A DNA stretch of 16,830 bases, taken from contig JBHIFL010000084.1 in assembly GCA_046761065.1 (NCBI GenBank), positions 1 to 16,830 of the forward strand, given 5' to 3'. The number at the start of each line of letters is the position of its first letter. Positions within the stretch are counted from its first letter, which is position 1. This DNA comes from Candidatus Heimdallarchaeota archaeon (GTDB lineage Archaea > Asgardarchaeota > Wukongarchaeia > Wukongarchaeales > JBHIFL01). Below, piece by piece: positions 1 to 8,822 of this stretch. The notes under the pieces are model-generated. The model saw only the letters and a program-made list of their open reading frames with translations. It ran no database searches and was not told where the DNA came from. Both the position numbers and the translations under genes were made by a program.

Positions 1-140
1 TTTTGCCGGGCAGCCCTCTCACTCCTGACCGACTTGAGATAAAAAAATAATAGAGTAGAGGAAAATTAATATCACGTGGAATCTAATGGATAATCAAACA
101 TCAAGGGAAAAATCGCTGCCCAATTTATTGTAGACGATTT

Positions 141-493
141 CTAGTCGACTACGTTATATCTATTCTCCTCTTGTGCGTTAATCTTGAATATTAATAATGA
201 AAATTCTTCATTTGTATCATTGGTAACGCCATGTACTTCACCAGGCTCGCATAAGAACCTCTCACCCGGTTGGGCTCGCAATTTATTATCTCCAAAGTAG
301 AAAATCGCGTTGCCCTTTAAAATATAGAAAATTTCAATTTTGTGATAATATAGCTTTATTTTGGTGTGTGCTTCTGTCTTTAGGATTTGAACAAGATGTC
401 CACTTGGTTTTAATTCCTCCTTGTGCAATAAAATTTTTTTGAATAACCAGCTCGTTCTTGCCATTCTTTTTCATCATCTTTAACCAATTTCAA
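141..493 (-). pseudogene. Cupin-domain protein split by a -1 frameshift (frameshifted gene or recoded CDS)
   Basis: ORF 141-464 has cupin motifs (YYHK-IEIFYILKG ... CEPGEVHGVTN). The natural N-terminus MKLVKDDEKEWQERAGYSKK starts at TTG 493 with a GGAGG SD at 506-510 but lies in another frame. The frames join at the 7-A run (T7 at 434-440 on +), giving about 117 aa. Confidence 0.75.
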
Positions 494-537
494 ATCTTAA
501 TCTGCCCTCCTCAAAATTGGAATAATGAAGTTAATGT

Positions 538-545
538 TATTTAAA
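538..545 (-). promoter_or_regulatory. Putative archaeal TATA box (TTTAAATA) of the cupin gene
   Basis: TTTAAATA on the - strand about 45 nt upstream of TTG 493. Confidence 0.4.
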
Positions 546-621
546 CTATTGAATTAATGATTTTTTATGATGTTATCTTGCCACCAGTATACAAGGCCTG
601 TGTGATATCACTGAGAACTGC

Positions 622-664
622 ACACGAGATAGACACGAGATAGTTGAAACACAAGATAGTTGTA
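622..664. repeat. Short direct-repeat cluster ACAC(G/A)AGATAG x3
   Basis: acacgagatag at 622-632 and 633-643, acacaagatag at 649-659. Copies 2 and 3 are each followed by ttg-a/t-a. Confidence 0.8.
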
Positions 665-666
665 CA

Positions 667-1128
667 TCACCTGAAGATACGGCTTGGGGGAAATTTGTAG
701 CTTGGACTAAAAAGAAGGAATATTTTGATAACCCAACTAATTATATGATAATTGGAGGGAATATCCCAGTTGTGGAAGGCGGTTTTCTTGGGCCAATTGA
801 GGCGAATCCCGTGTATGGATATGAGTTTATGGTTAACATCGAATCTGAGGTGGAACCTGAAGAAGACATCCTGGTTAAAGAAATACCTGCCGGATTATAC
901 GCCGTAACCAGACTCAAATTCTCTGAAGGAACTACAATTAAAACTTGGCAGAAACTCTGGGAGTGGGTAAGGACTTCTGAAGATTACACGTTCAACAAAG
1001 GAATTGTGAAAATCCTTCCAATGGGAGGATTTGAGGACTATATAAGTCCGTTTAAAGGTCTTAACTTTGAACCTTATGCGGCCCAAATTCTAGATCTCTA
1101 TCTATCAAATAAAGAGAAGAAAAATTAA
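667..1128 (+). pseudogene. GyrI-like small-molecule (effector) binding domain protein, 5'-truncated
   Basis: The frame of ORF 745-1128 is open back to 571. SPEDTAWGKFVAW (from 667), YGYEFMV, KEIPAGLYAV and TWQKLWEWV match GyrI-like effector-binding proteins. The expected N-terminal segment is absent and the repeat cluster sits in its place. Confidence 0.65.
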
Positions 1129-1265
1129 GAGATAATGGAAGAATAAATGATATCAAGTAAAATAGTATAAAAAAGAATTGAAATTTCGATTTAAAAGATC
1201 ATGTATTGAATTATGTATTACAATTAGTATGTTGTTACGTACAAAATTCTCGATAATTGAAAAAT

Positions 1266-1676
1266 TCATTCCTTTTCTGATTTAATTCGAGGAAACCCTA
1301 AAAAAGTTATTTTATTCCCTTCTGGGTCTTTTATGTCAAACATTGAAATCATATCTGGGACATCTATTATTTTTGAGGTTTCAATTCCCTTTTCATCTAA
1401 GATTTTTTTAGCTTCCTCTAAATCTAAAACGGATATATTTAAACTATCAGCCGGATTCTCATTAGTTAATTCCTCATCTGTTCTTAGCAAACCAATCCGA
1501 GCACCTTCCACAGGAAGCTTGTACTCACACCAACCAAATTCCGGAGGAGTTTCATAAGCGAATTCTAATTCTAAAATTTCTCTATAAAATTTCTTAGCTC
1601 CTTCAAAATCCTTCACGGATCTATGATAATATACTAGATCCTTTGAATACAACGAATTTAATTTCTTTTCAGCCAA
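1266..1676 (-). CDS. VOC family (glyoxalase/bleomycin resistance-like) protein
   Basis: SVKDFEGAKKFYREILEL, ISVLDLEEAKKIL and FDIKDPEGNKI motifs. TTG start preceded by GGTGA. Confidence 0.88.
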   Translation of the reverse strand: MAEKKLNSLYSKDLVYYHRSVKDFEGAKKFYREILELEFAYETPPEFGWCEYKLPVEGARIGLLRTDEELTNENPADSLNISVLDLEEAKKILDEKGIETSKIIDVPDMISMFDIKDPEGNKITFLGFPRIKSEKE

Positions 1677-1736
1677 TTTTTTTCACCCATTCGCATTATT
1701 TTGATTAAAATCGTAATTTTTAGAATCAAATATATA

Positions 1737-2868
1737 GTGTTCACTTTAAATTCTTGGGCAGAGTTTAATAATTTTGGTGATGTCGTCTATCTGAACGCCT
1801 TTTATAAAGAGCCTCTCTCCCGTGTTGCTCAAGAAGCAACATGACAAGCGATACAGTTGCAATCAGAACCTTGGCGCTTAAAAGACCATATGTAGTTTGA
1901 TGTTCCAGATCGAACCTATGAATAGCATGCCAATATGATTGGATCAGTTGCTGATGAGATCGCTATCACAATTAATACATCCTATGGCATAAATATCTTA
2001 GCGCAGGGCATCCAATGGGACCCTGGAGATGCCATTCTCCTGATTCGTGGCAACTTTCCGTCCAACGTCTACCCTTGGATGAATATGGTATCACAGGGCG
2101 CGCGGGTGAAGTTTGTGGAATGGACTGCGCCAGGTGATTTGGTTACGCTAGAGCAACTTGAAGCAGAGATTGTTCCGGGTATCCGTGTGGTTGCTATCGA
2201 CTACTCGCATTGAATCAAAGGTTACCTGATGGATCTTAAAACGTTGAAAGCGAAGTGAGGAGATAAATGCATGGCTTGTGCTGGACCGCTCGCAGTGTAT
2301 TGGAGCTGTACCAATGGATGTGTTTAAGACCCCAGTAGATGCTATCGTGACGAGTGGATATAAGTTTATGCTCTCTCCGTATGAGACGGGTTTTTATATG
2401 CTCCACTGGCTCGGCAGGAGGAGATTTCGGTTACGATGCCTATGTGGATGGGAATGGTCAATGCACGAGATTTCAGTAAACTCAATGAGTATGATTTTTT
2501 ACCCGTGAAAAGCGCGGCTCGATTAGATGTCGGTGGCATACCGCATTCCTCAATATGATGGGTATGAGAGCATCTCTAGAATTTCTATTAGACGTGGGGA
2601 TCAAATGGATCTACCATCATGTAATCCAATTATTTGATCGGCTCATAGCTTAATTTAATACATCTAAATATCTTATCCTCAGTGATCTTACGCCTGAACG
2701 ATGTTCATCCATGCTACGATTTATTATAAACAATCCCACCAAGTTATGATCGACTTTGGAACGGCTGAGGAGGAATAAGATTTCTGTTAGTTTTTGCGAC
2801 AATGGGTTCTGTGTGACACCGTATATAATAATAAAGCGGACATCGATCGATTTTTAGAGGCTCTGTAG
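1737..2868 (+). pseudogene. Class V PLP-dependent aminotransferase (cysteine desulfurase/isopenicillin N epimerase-like) pseudogene
   Basis: Motifs read across frames: VVYLNA, NTSYGIN, NFPSNVYPW, LVLDRSQ, the PLP-Lys motif SGYKFMLSPYETGF, and the C-terminus YNNKADIDRFLEAL* (TAG 2866-2868). In-frame stops occur at 1842, 1893, 1923, 2211, 2256 and 2747, plus several frameshifts. Includes ORFs 1935-2213 and 2278-2508. Confidence 0.9.
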
Positions 2869-2954
2869 AACGTTTTTTGTTAAAAATCGGTTATTTAGAT
2901 TCTATATCAGGGTTCAAAATGACATGAAGCTAACTAGGGGGATTTGCAGACGTC

Positions 2955-2968
2955 AAAAGAAATATATA
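2955..2968 (+). promoter_or_regulatory. Putative BRE + TATA box of the 3013-3243 gene
   Basis: Purine run aaaagaa followed by ATATATA about 45 nt upstream of TTG 3013. Confidence 0.4.
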
Positions 2969-3012
2969 GTCGCGTACAGGCATCTGCGTAACTTTCTACG
3001 AGGTTGAACTGA

Positions 3013-3243
3013 TTGAAAACCTATCTTACAATCTTCTTCAGCAGCGAAGGTGCAGCGCCCAGTGAAGTAGTTGAACGACTCACCCGAATGGGATTTCGAC
3101 CTATTGCTGGTCCCTACGATCACGTATATGAGTGGAATGAAAAAGGCTCGATTGAGGATCTGATTCAGCTTGCCAATCAGGTTCACGCGACACTGAAAGG
3201 CTGTAACGTCTTCTTTAAGTTGGAGACCGTACCGGTGCAATAG
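3013..3243 (+). CDS. Small hypothetical protein of a type I recall as conserved in archaea
   Basis: 76 aa, MKTYLTIFFSSEGAAPSEVVERL...GPYDHVYEW...LKGCNVFFKLET, alternating beta/alpha pattern. GAGGT SD upstream of the TTG start. Confidence 0.8.
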   Translation: MKTYLTIFFSSEGAAPSEVVERLTRMGFRPIAGPYDHVYEWNEKGSIEDLIQLANQVHATLKGCNVFFKLETVPVQ

Positions 3244-3382
3244 AATTCTCTACGATCACGGATTGTTTAAGAAGGGGCTGCATGATGGGTGTCAATAGGG
3301 CTCCTATCCTCGCAGAAAGGTTTTAATTCATGATCATTTGATCGTTTTACAACTATCTCTTGTCTCTTTCAGGGGATTATTA

Positions 3383-3847
3383 ATGGAAAATATTATCCAA
3401 ATCACAATATCAATCGAGTGCGATGTGAAACAGGCTTTTCGTATGTTCACAGTTAATGAACTATTAGAGAACTGGTTAACTGTAAAAGCTGAGGTAGAAC
3501 CTAAGGTTGGAGGAAAATACGAGCTTTTTTGGGACCCAGATAGCCGAGAAATCAATAGCACAATTGGATGTTCAATTACTGGGTTTGAACAAGATAATTT
3601 TGTTTCATTTAATTGGAAAGGACCAGTTGAATTCCAACCATTTATGAATTCAGCTGATCCACTAACCCATGTCATTGTATTCTTTTCTCCAAATAGCAAC
3701 GATCCAAATAAAACAATTATTCGCCTTTTCCATACAGGCTGGAGAAAAGATCGAGAATGGCAACAAGCTCGAAATTACTTTGAAAAGGCGTGGTCACAGG
3801 CGTTACAAGAATTAAAAAATAAACTCAAGAATAATTCTACAATATAA
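3383..3847 (+). CDS. SRPBCC/AHSA1-like (START-fold) domain protein
   Basis: AFRMFT..LENWL, EPKVGGKYELFW, VSFNWKGP, TIIRLFHTGW and AWSQALQELK motifs. ATG 3383 after AGGGGA is preferred over 3338. BRE/TATA-like gaaaggTTTTAA at 3315-3326. Confidence 0.88.
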   Translation: MENIIQITISIECDVKQAFRMFTVNELLENWLTVKAEVEPKVGGKYELFWDPDSREINSTIGCSITGFEQDNFVSFNWKGPVEFQPFMNSADPLTHVIVFFSPNSNDPNKTIIRLFHTGWRKDREWQQARNYFEKAWSQALQELKNKLKNNSTI

Positions 3848-3933
3848 TAAGTGGGATGTAATTACAAACGGAAACACCATCACATCCTGCGAACTTGACC
3901 TTTGTGTGGATTATGAATGCTAAGGTGTTCACT

Positions 3934-4389
3934 ATGCTCTATGATTTTCTGAAGAAAGCAATTCAGCGTCATCTCCGGGAAACAGAATTGTTGGTCGCTC
4001 AACTTAATGATCAACTAATTATTAGTAAGCCAGTAGAAGTAGGACGACCGCTTGGAGAGATTTTTCTCCACATGCTTAGGTCTGTTGAGTATTATCTCAG
4101 AGGATTGGTAACTAACATATGGGAACCTATCCTATATACTCTGGCAACTTGTGGCACAGCACAAGCGATAAAATCGCTTTATGATGAAATATCTGTCAAA
4201 GTAGAGGATTATTTGAAACAATTAACACCTAATATACTTACACAAGAAATACATCGCTTCAACCGACCAGCAACAAAAGCCGAGATTCTCCTCGAAATGA
4301 TAGAGCATAGTATCCATCATCGTGGACAAATAACCGTTTATTATCGTCTTTTAGGCATCGAACCAGCTTCTATCTCCTATATCATATGA
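3934..4389 (+). CDS. DinB family protein (DinB/YfiT four-helix bundle)
   Basis: RPLGEIFLHM and EHSIHHRGQITVYYRLLGIEP (His metal triad). ATG 3934 after the AGGTG SD is preferred over 3895. Confidence 0.9.
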   Translation: MLYDFLKKAIQRHLRETELLVAQLNDQLIISKPVEVGRPLGEIFLHMLRSVEYYLRGLVTNIWEPILYTLATCGTAQAIKSLYDEISVKVEDYLKQLTPNILTQEIHRFNRPATKAEILLEMIEHSIHHRGQITVYYRLLGIEPASISYII

Positions 4390-4483
4390 ATCTGTGCCAT
4401 TTCCTGGGAATTAGCAATTAATACAAGTTGTTCCTCCGAGTGAAATTAAACCCAAAATAAAGAGCTGAGGATGTATTAAATTT

Positions 4484-5218
4484 ATGGCTGGAAAAGAAGA
4501 TAGCAGTCAAGTAGAACGTGAACAACTAGTTGAAACCATCTTCAGCAATACTGCGAAGACCTATGATCACGTGGTTGATGTCTTCACGCTCGGAATGGAT
4601 CGATTGTGGAAACGAAATATTATGAAATTCCTCAAGGGAGCGAGAATGGACTTCCAGAGAATATTAGACCTTGCATGTGGGACTGGAATTATCACATTTA
4701 AACTCGCAAAGATGTTTCCCTCAGCACAGATCGTAGGAATAGACATCATGGAAGAATATTTAGACATAGCAAGACAAAAACAAAAGGGGGAGAATGTAAG
4801 GTTCATCCAACTTGGAGCCGAAGACCTAGACGAGCTCGAAAGACTCGGATACACTCGTTGGTTTGATCTGATTGTAACATCTTATCTCCCGAAGTACGTC
4901 GATCTAGAAAAGGTCATATCTCACTGTAATAAACTAATTCAAAAAGATGGAACAATCATATTTCACGATTTTACGATCCCAAAGAATCGAATACTGCGCT
5001 TTGGATGGCATATCTACTTGATTGGAATGAATCCGATCCTAAAAACAGTCAATGGATGGCTAGAAGCTTCAAAAAAGCTAAAAAACGTTATAAAAGATAG
5101 TAGATGGATATATGACCTTCCAAAAATTTTTGAAGAGCACGGCTTTCAAAATATTGAGGTGAGATGGCAACCCTTACAGATCGCAGCAATTGTAACTGGG
5201 AAAAAGAACAATCAGTAA
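4484..5218 (+). CDS. Class I SAM-dependent methyltransferase, UbiE/MenG-like
   Basis: FSNTAKTYDHVVDVFTLGMDRLWKR resembles the UbiE/MenG N-terminus. Motif I is ILDLACGTG, and VGIDI and IIFHDF are present. Confidence 0.85.
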   Translation: MAGKEDSSQVEREQLVETIFSNTAKTYDHVVDVFTLGMDRLWKRNIMKFLKGARMDFQRILDLACGTGIITFKLAKMFPSAQIVGIDIMEEYLDIARQKQKGENVRFIQLGAEDLDELERLGYTRWFDLIVTSYLPKYVDLEKVISHCNKLIQKDGTIIFHDFTIPKNRILRFGWHIYLIGMNPILKTVNGWLEASKKLKNVIKDSRWIYDLPKIFEEHGFQNIEVRWQPLQIAAIVTGKKNNQ

Positions 5219-5379
5219 AAATGAAGAAGGATTCAAAAAATTAATCTTATCACAGTAATTGGAAGAGAAAAGCAAAGCACATCATTAGAAAGGTACATTC
5301 ATAAGCTGCTACAAGTGCCAATGCCTAAGATAAAGGCTAGAGGAGCGGGGAAGACGCCAATCAAATAAAGGGATAAATC

Positions 5380-6453
5380 ATGATCAAAACGCATCCCAGA
5401 TATGAAATGATGGCTAGGATAAGTAAGGGACTATTCATGGAAGCACGCGTGCTTCCAGTCCTTGTTTGGGCTTTTACAGCAGTTTTAACAGGAACAGCAC
5501 TTGCCTATTTGGAAACTGGCCTTTTTAATTCTTGGGGATTTTTTCTTACCATGATGGTGGCCTGCCTAGCACAGGCATTCCCGATACATGCAATTAATGA
5601 GCTAGTTGATTGGTCAAGTGGGACAGACGCCACAGGACTTGGTGGTAGCAAAGTCATAAGAGAGGGTTATCTCTCCAAAAGAGAGATGAAAATACTCTTT
5701 TGGATAAGTCTAATCGGTATTTTCGCTTTGGCAGCTTTAGGTATCCTCACTATAGACAATCGACCAATTCCTTTGTTCGTAGTGGGAATGGGGGCAGGCC
5801 TTTTTTACAGCCTAAAACCCTTTAAATTTGCGTATAGACCTTTTCTCGGAGAATGGGCATCTGCTTTCGTTGGAATAATGGTCTGTGTAACCGGTGCATA
5901 TTTTGTTCAAGTAGGAACGCTCTCAACCCCCATCATAATACTAGCAGCAGCCATATCATTCGAAGATATGGCGATAATGATTCTCTTTCACACTATAGAC
6001 TACGAGAATGATAAGGCGGCTATGCCAGTCAAGAAAACAACAGTTGTATTTCTAGGTCAAGAGCTAGCAAAGTACTATGTGCTCTTACTCGCCGGAATGT
6101 CAATAGTTTTCTATCTATTCCTCATGATTTTCTATCATCCGGTATTTTCAGTCTTCTCAGTTCTCACACTCGCTTCTTACTCATGGTTCGTTACCTACGA
6201 CCCATTTAATCCACATTCAATCATTAGATCAACCCGAGTTATTACCTGGTCAGCTATACTATCGGGACTGATCTTCGCAGTGATCATAAATGCGAAATTT
6301 GGTGTTATGATCGTTCCCGTCGTCATCCTCTATTGGATGCACAAGAATTTTGGGAAAATAAAGAAAACTAAAGAACCTAGTGCCTTTGAAGAGACCATAG
6401 AAGGATTAAAAGATGCAGAAAGGAAAATGATTCTCGTTGAGACAAATTCATAA
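5380..6453 (+). CDS. UbiA-superfamily prenyltransferase, MenA (DHNA prenyltransferase)-like
   Basis: Polytopic membrane protein with Asp-rich motifs INELVDWSSGTD and HTIDYENDKAAMPVKKTT, plus GGSKVI and FYSLKPFKFAYRPFLGE, typical of MenA-like proteins. Confidence 0.85.
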   Translation: MIKTHPRYEMMARISKGLFMEARVLPVLVWAFTAVLTGTALAYLETGLFNSWGFFLTMMVACLAQAFPIHAINELVDWSSGTDATGLGGSKVIREGYLSKREMKILFWISLIGIFALAALGILTIDNRPIPLFVVGMGAGLFYSLKPFKFAYRPFLGEWASAFVGIMVCVTGAYFVQVGTLSTPIIILAAAISFEDMAIMILFHTIDYENDKAAMPVKKTTVVFLGQELAKYYVLLLAGMSIVFYLFLMIFYHPVFSVFSVLTLASYSWFVTYDPFNPHSIIRSTRVITWSAILSGLIFAVIINAKFGVMIVPVVILYWMHKNFGKIKKTKEPSAFEETIEGLKDAERKMILVETNS

Positions 6454-6957
6454 GAAAAGTTGTAACAAAAAAATTAGAAGTAATAACTCCTTGTTACCTT
6501 TTTTAATGACTATCGGACTTTTAGCAAAAGCGGCCCAGGTTGTTTCGTGGAATCACTTAGCATGTGCCTCTTCCTAGTCAAGTTTACGTTTTTTACTTTT
6601 CATAAAACTATTCAAAGCAGTTCAAGAAATGATCAACCTTTTTTATACCCGTTCCTCTATTATTTCTTTTATTTTCTTAAGAACTCTGTATAATGCTCTT
6701 CTCTACAAAAATCGGATTTTTTGCTCTCAAAAGAAAAAGTAAATAGAAATCACGAAGATCTATACTTCTTCCCAGAATTCTATGGAACTCCTTTATTGCT
6801 GAGTGAATATCGGTCGCTTGGCCCATCGCTTTTTATCGCATTACTTAAATGATCACATTTTCGCTTCCTTCTCTTTCATCTTATAGATCTGAAATAACTA
6901 GCATAAACTTTATAACAAAAATAGGCTCTTTTCAAATTAACTATAAAAATATGCAAG

Positions 6958-7146
6958 TTGACAAAAATGTGTAGATGCATTAAACCAAGAGGCGTGAGAA
7001 AGAGAAACACCAAACGAATACAATCAAGAAGAACCAAAGATACACAAGGCAATAATGAAACTATATATTGCTTTAATTGTGGCCAGAAGATCCCCAAGGA
7101 TAGCATCCTCTGTCCTTCATGTGGTATCGTTTTATTGGAAGAATAA
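6958..7146 (+). pseudogene. Zinc-ribbon-containing fragment (probably the C-terminal remnant of a larger gene)
   Basis: CFNCGQKIPKDSILCPSCG is a CxxC-x10-CxxC zinc ribbon at the ORF end. The start is weak and the basic N-terminal part is unconvincing. Confidence 0.5.
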
Positions 7147-7340
7147 TCTCATAATCCTTCCCAAGTCAGAGCTAATTCCTCGCTGGGCGGCTGCACCTAC
7201 AAGATCACGTCCTTCCGGATTTTTTCAAATCAGGGTAACAAAATTAAAAGCAAAAAAGACCATAAAGTGTCGCATTCATAAATTTCGTACAGTTTAGCCA
7301 AGAATCATAGAGATCAAAAAATATCAAGTGGTAAGCAAAA

Positions 7341-8810
7341 TTGAAGATTTTACAGCATTTTCTTGCCATTACCCTTCTGCTGCTAAGCATTATTCAAACT
7401 GCAACTCTCTTAGGGATTTCTTCCACTCCTGTGGAGAGACCTGAGCAAGTTTGGCCAACACTTGAGGACCCCGATCTCGTTGTGGAAACGGTCGTTACAG
7501 GGCTTTCACGTCCAACCACTATGGCATTTCTAAAGTCAGTTGATCTGATCGTTTTACAAAAAAATAATGGTCAAGTCCGCAGAGTGCAAAATGGGATCCT
7601 TCAAGCCGCCCCCGCGTTAGACGTGAATGTCAATTATAGAAGTGAGCGGGGACTTCTTGGCGTAGCATTAGCTCCCATGGTTTCTACCAATCCCTATGTT
7701 TATTTATACTATACAGAAAGTAGCACCGGCAAAGATACAAATAATCAGAATGCTGTATTGGGAAATCGAGTTTATCGGTACACCTGGGATGGTAAGGCTC
7801 TCATTGACCCAACCCTTATTTTAGATTTACCTTTCGCTCCGGGTCCAAACCATGATGGAGGGATCATTTTAGTTGGACCCGATAACAAGCTATATGTCGT
7901 GATTGGCGATCTGAATCGGAACGGGCAACTTCAAAATTTCGCGGATGGAGCATCACCGGACGACACCTCAGTCATCTTTCGGCTCAACCCAGATGGTTCC
8001 GCTCCCACTGACATCCCCTTTTTTAACAAGCAAGACCCCACGGATCCTAACAATCGGTACTTTGCCTATGGGGTGCGGAACAGCTATGGTATGGCGTTTG
8101 ATCCTGTCACAGGGTACCTCTGGGACACGGAGAACGGGCCAGCAGACTATGACGAGATCAATATTGTTCCTCCTGGCTTCAACAGTGGTTGGGAGCCGAT
8201 TATGGGTCCTGATGACCGTGACTCCCAAGATGCACGAGAGGATCTCTTCAATTTACCCGGATCAGTGTATAGGGATCCTGAATTCAGTTGGGGGTGGGAC
8301 GCCGTGGGGGTCACCTCTCTTGGGTTTCAGACCTCTCCCAAGCTCGGAGAGCAATATTTACATGATATATTCGTTGGAGATACCAATGAGGGATATCTTT
8401 ACCATTTCGAATTGAATGAGCAGCGAGATGGACTTCAATTCGTTACCTCCGGGCTAGCAACTGATCTGGTGGCAGATAGTAACCAAGAATTGGAAGAAGT
8501 AATCTTTGGCCAAGGATTTGGGACAGTTACAGATATCGAAACAGGACCCGATGGATGGTTGTATGTTTGTTCGTACAGTTAGGGTGCTATTTATCGCATC
8601 AGATCTATTTTCGATACAACAGTCCTCATGACCACATCTACAGTTACAATGGCTAACACGACATTAACGACTCAGATCACTATAACGACTATTACACTTC
8701 CTGAGATCTACCTGTATTTGAACAGGTTTTTGACACTACTTGTAATCTGGGGCGTACTAATCGTACTAATCGTCATAATTCTTATCCGTCGATCTCAAAT
8801 GAAAAAATAA
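7341..8810 (+). CDS. Secreted, membrane-anchored PQQ-dependent sugar dehydrogenase (glucose/sorbosone dehydrogenase family), interrupted by one in-frame TAG at 8580-8582
   Basis: Signal peptide, then motifs ERGLLGVA, NHDGG, AYGVRNSYGMAFDP, TENGP..YDEIN and TDIETGPDGWLYV. The frame continues past the TAG as GAIYRI, then a Thr-rich linker, TM helix and RRSQMKK (ORF 8628-8810 is in frame), giving 489 aa if read through. Confidence 0.88.
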
Positions 8811-8822
8811 GGAAAGTGAATT

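Noticed and set aside
622-664. Repeat cluster as a mini-CRISPR array
   Set aside because: Repeats are only 11 nt with 0-5 nt spacers, and no cas genes are present.
1842-2749. TGA/TAG codons in the aminotransferase as Sec/Pyl recoding
   Set aside because: Mixed stop types, frameshifts and loss of conserved residues indicate plain decay.
6677-6826. 49-aa minus-strand ORF with DIHSAIKEFHRIL, resembling a methyltransferase motif
   Set aside because: Only one short motif, without the following KPGG or any other methyltransferase element. Too weak without a search.
6876-7297. ORFs 6876-7106 (-) and 7055-7297 (+)
   Set aside because: No motifs, and both overlap the zinc-ribbon fragment.
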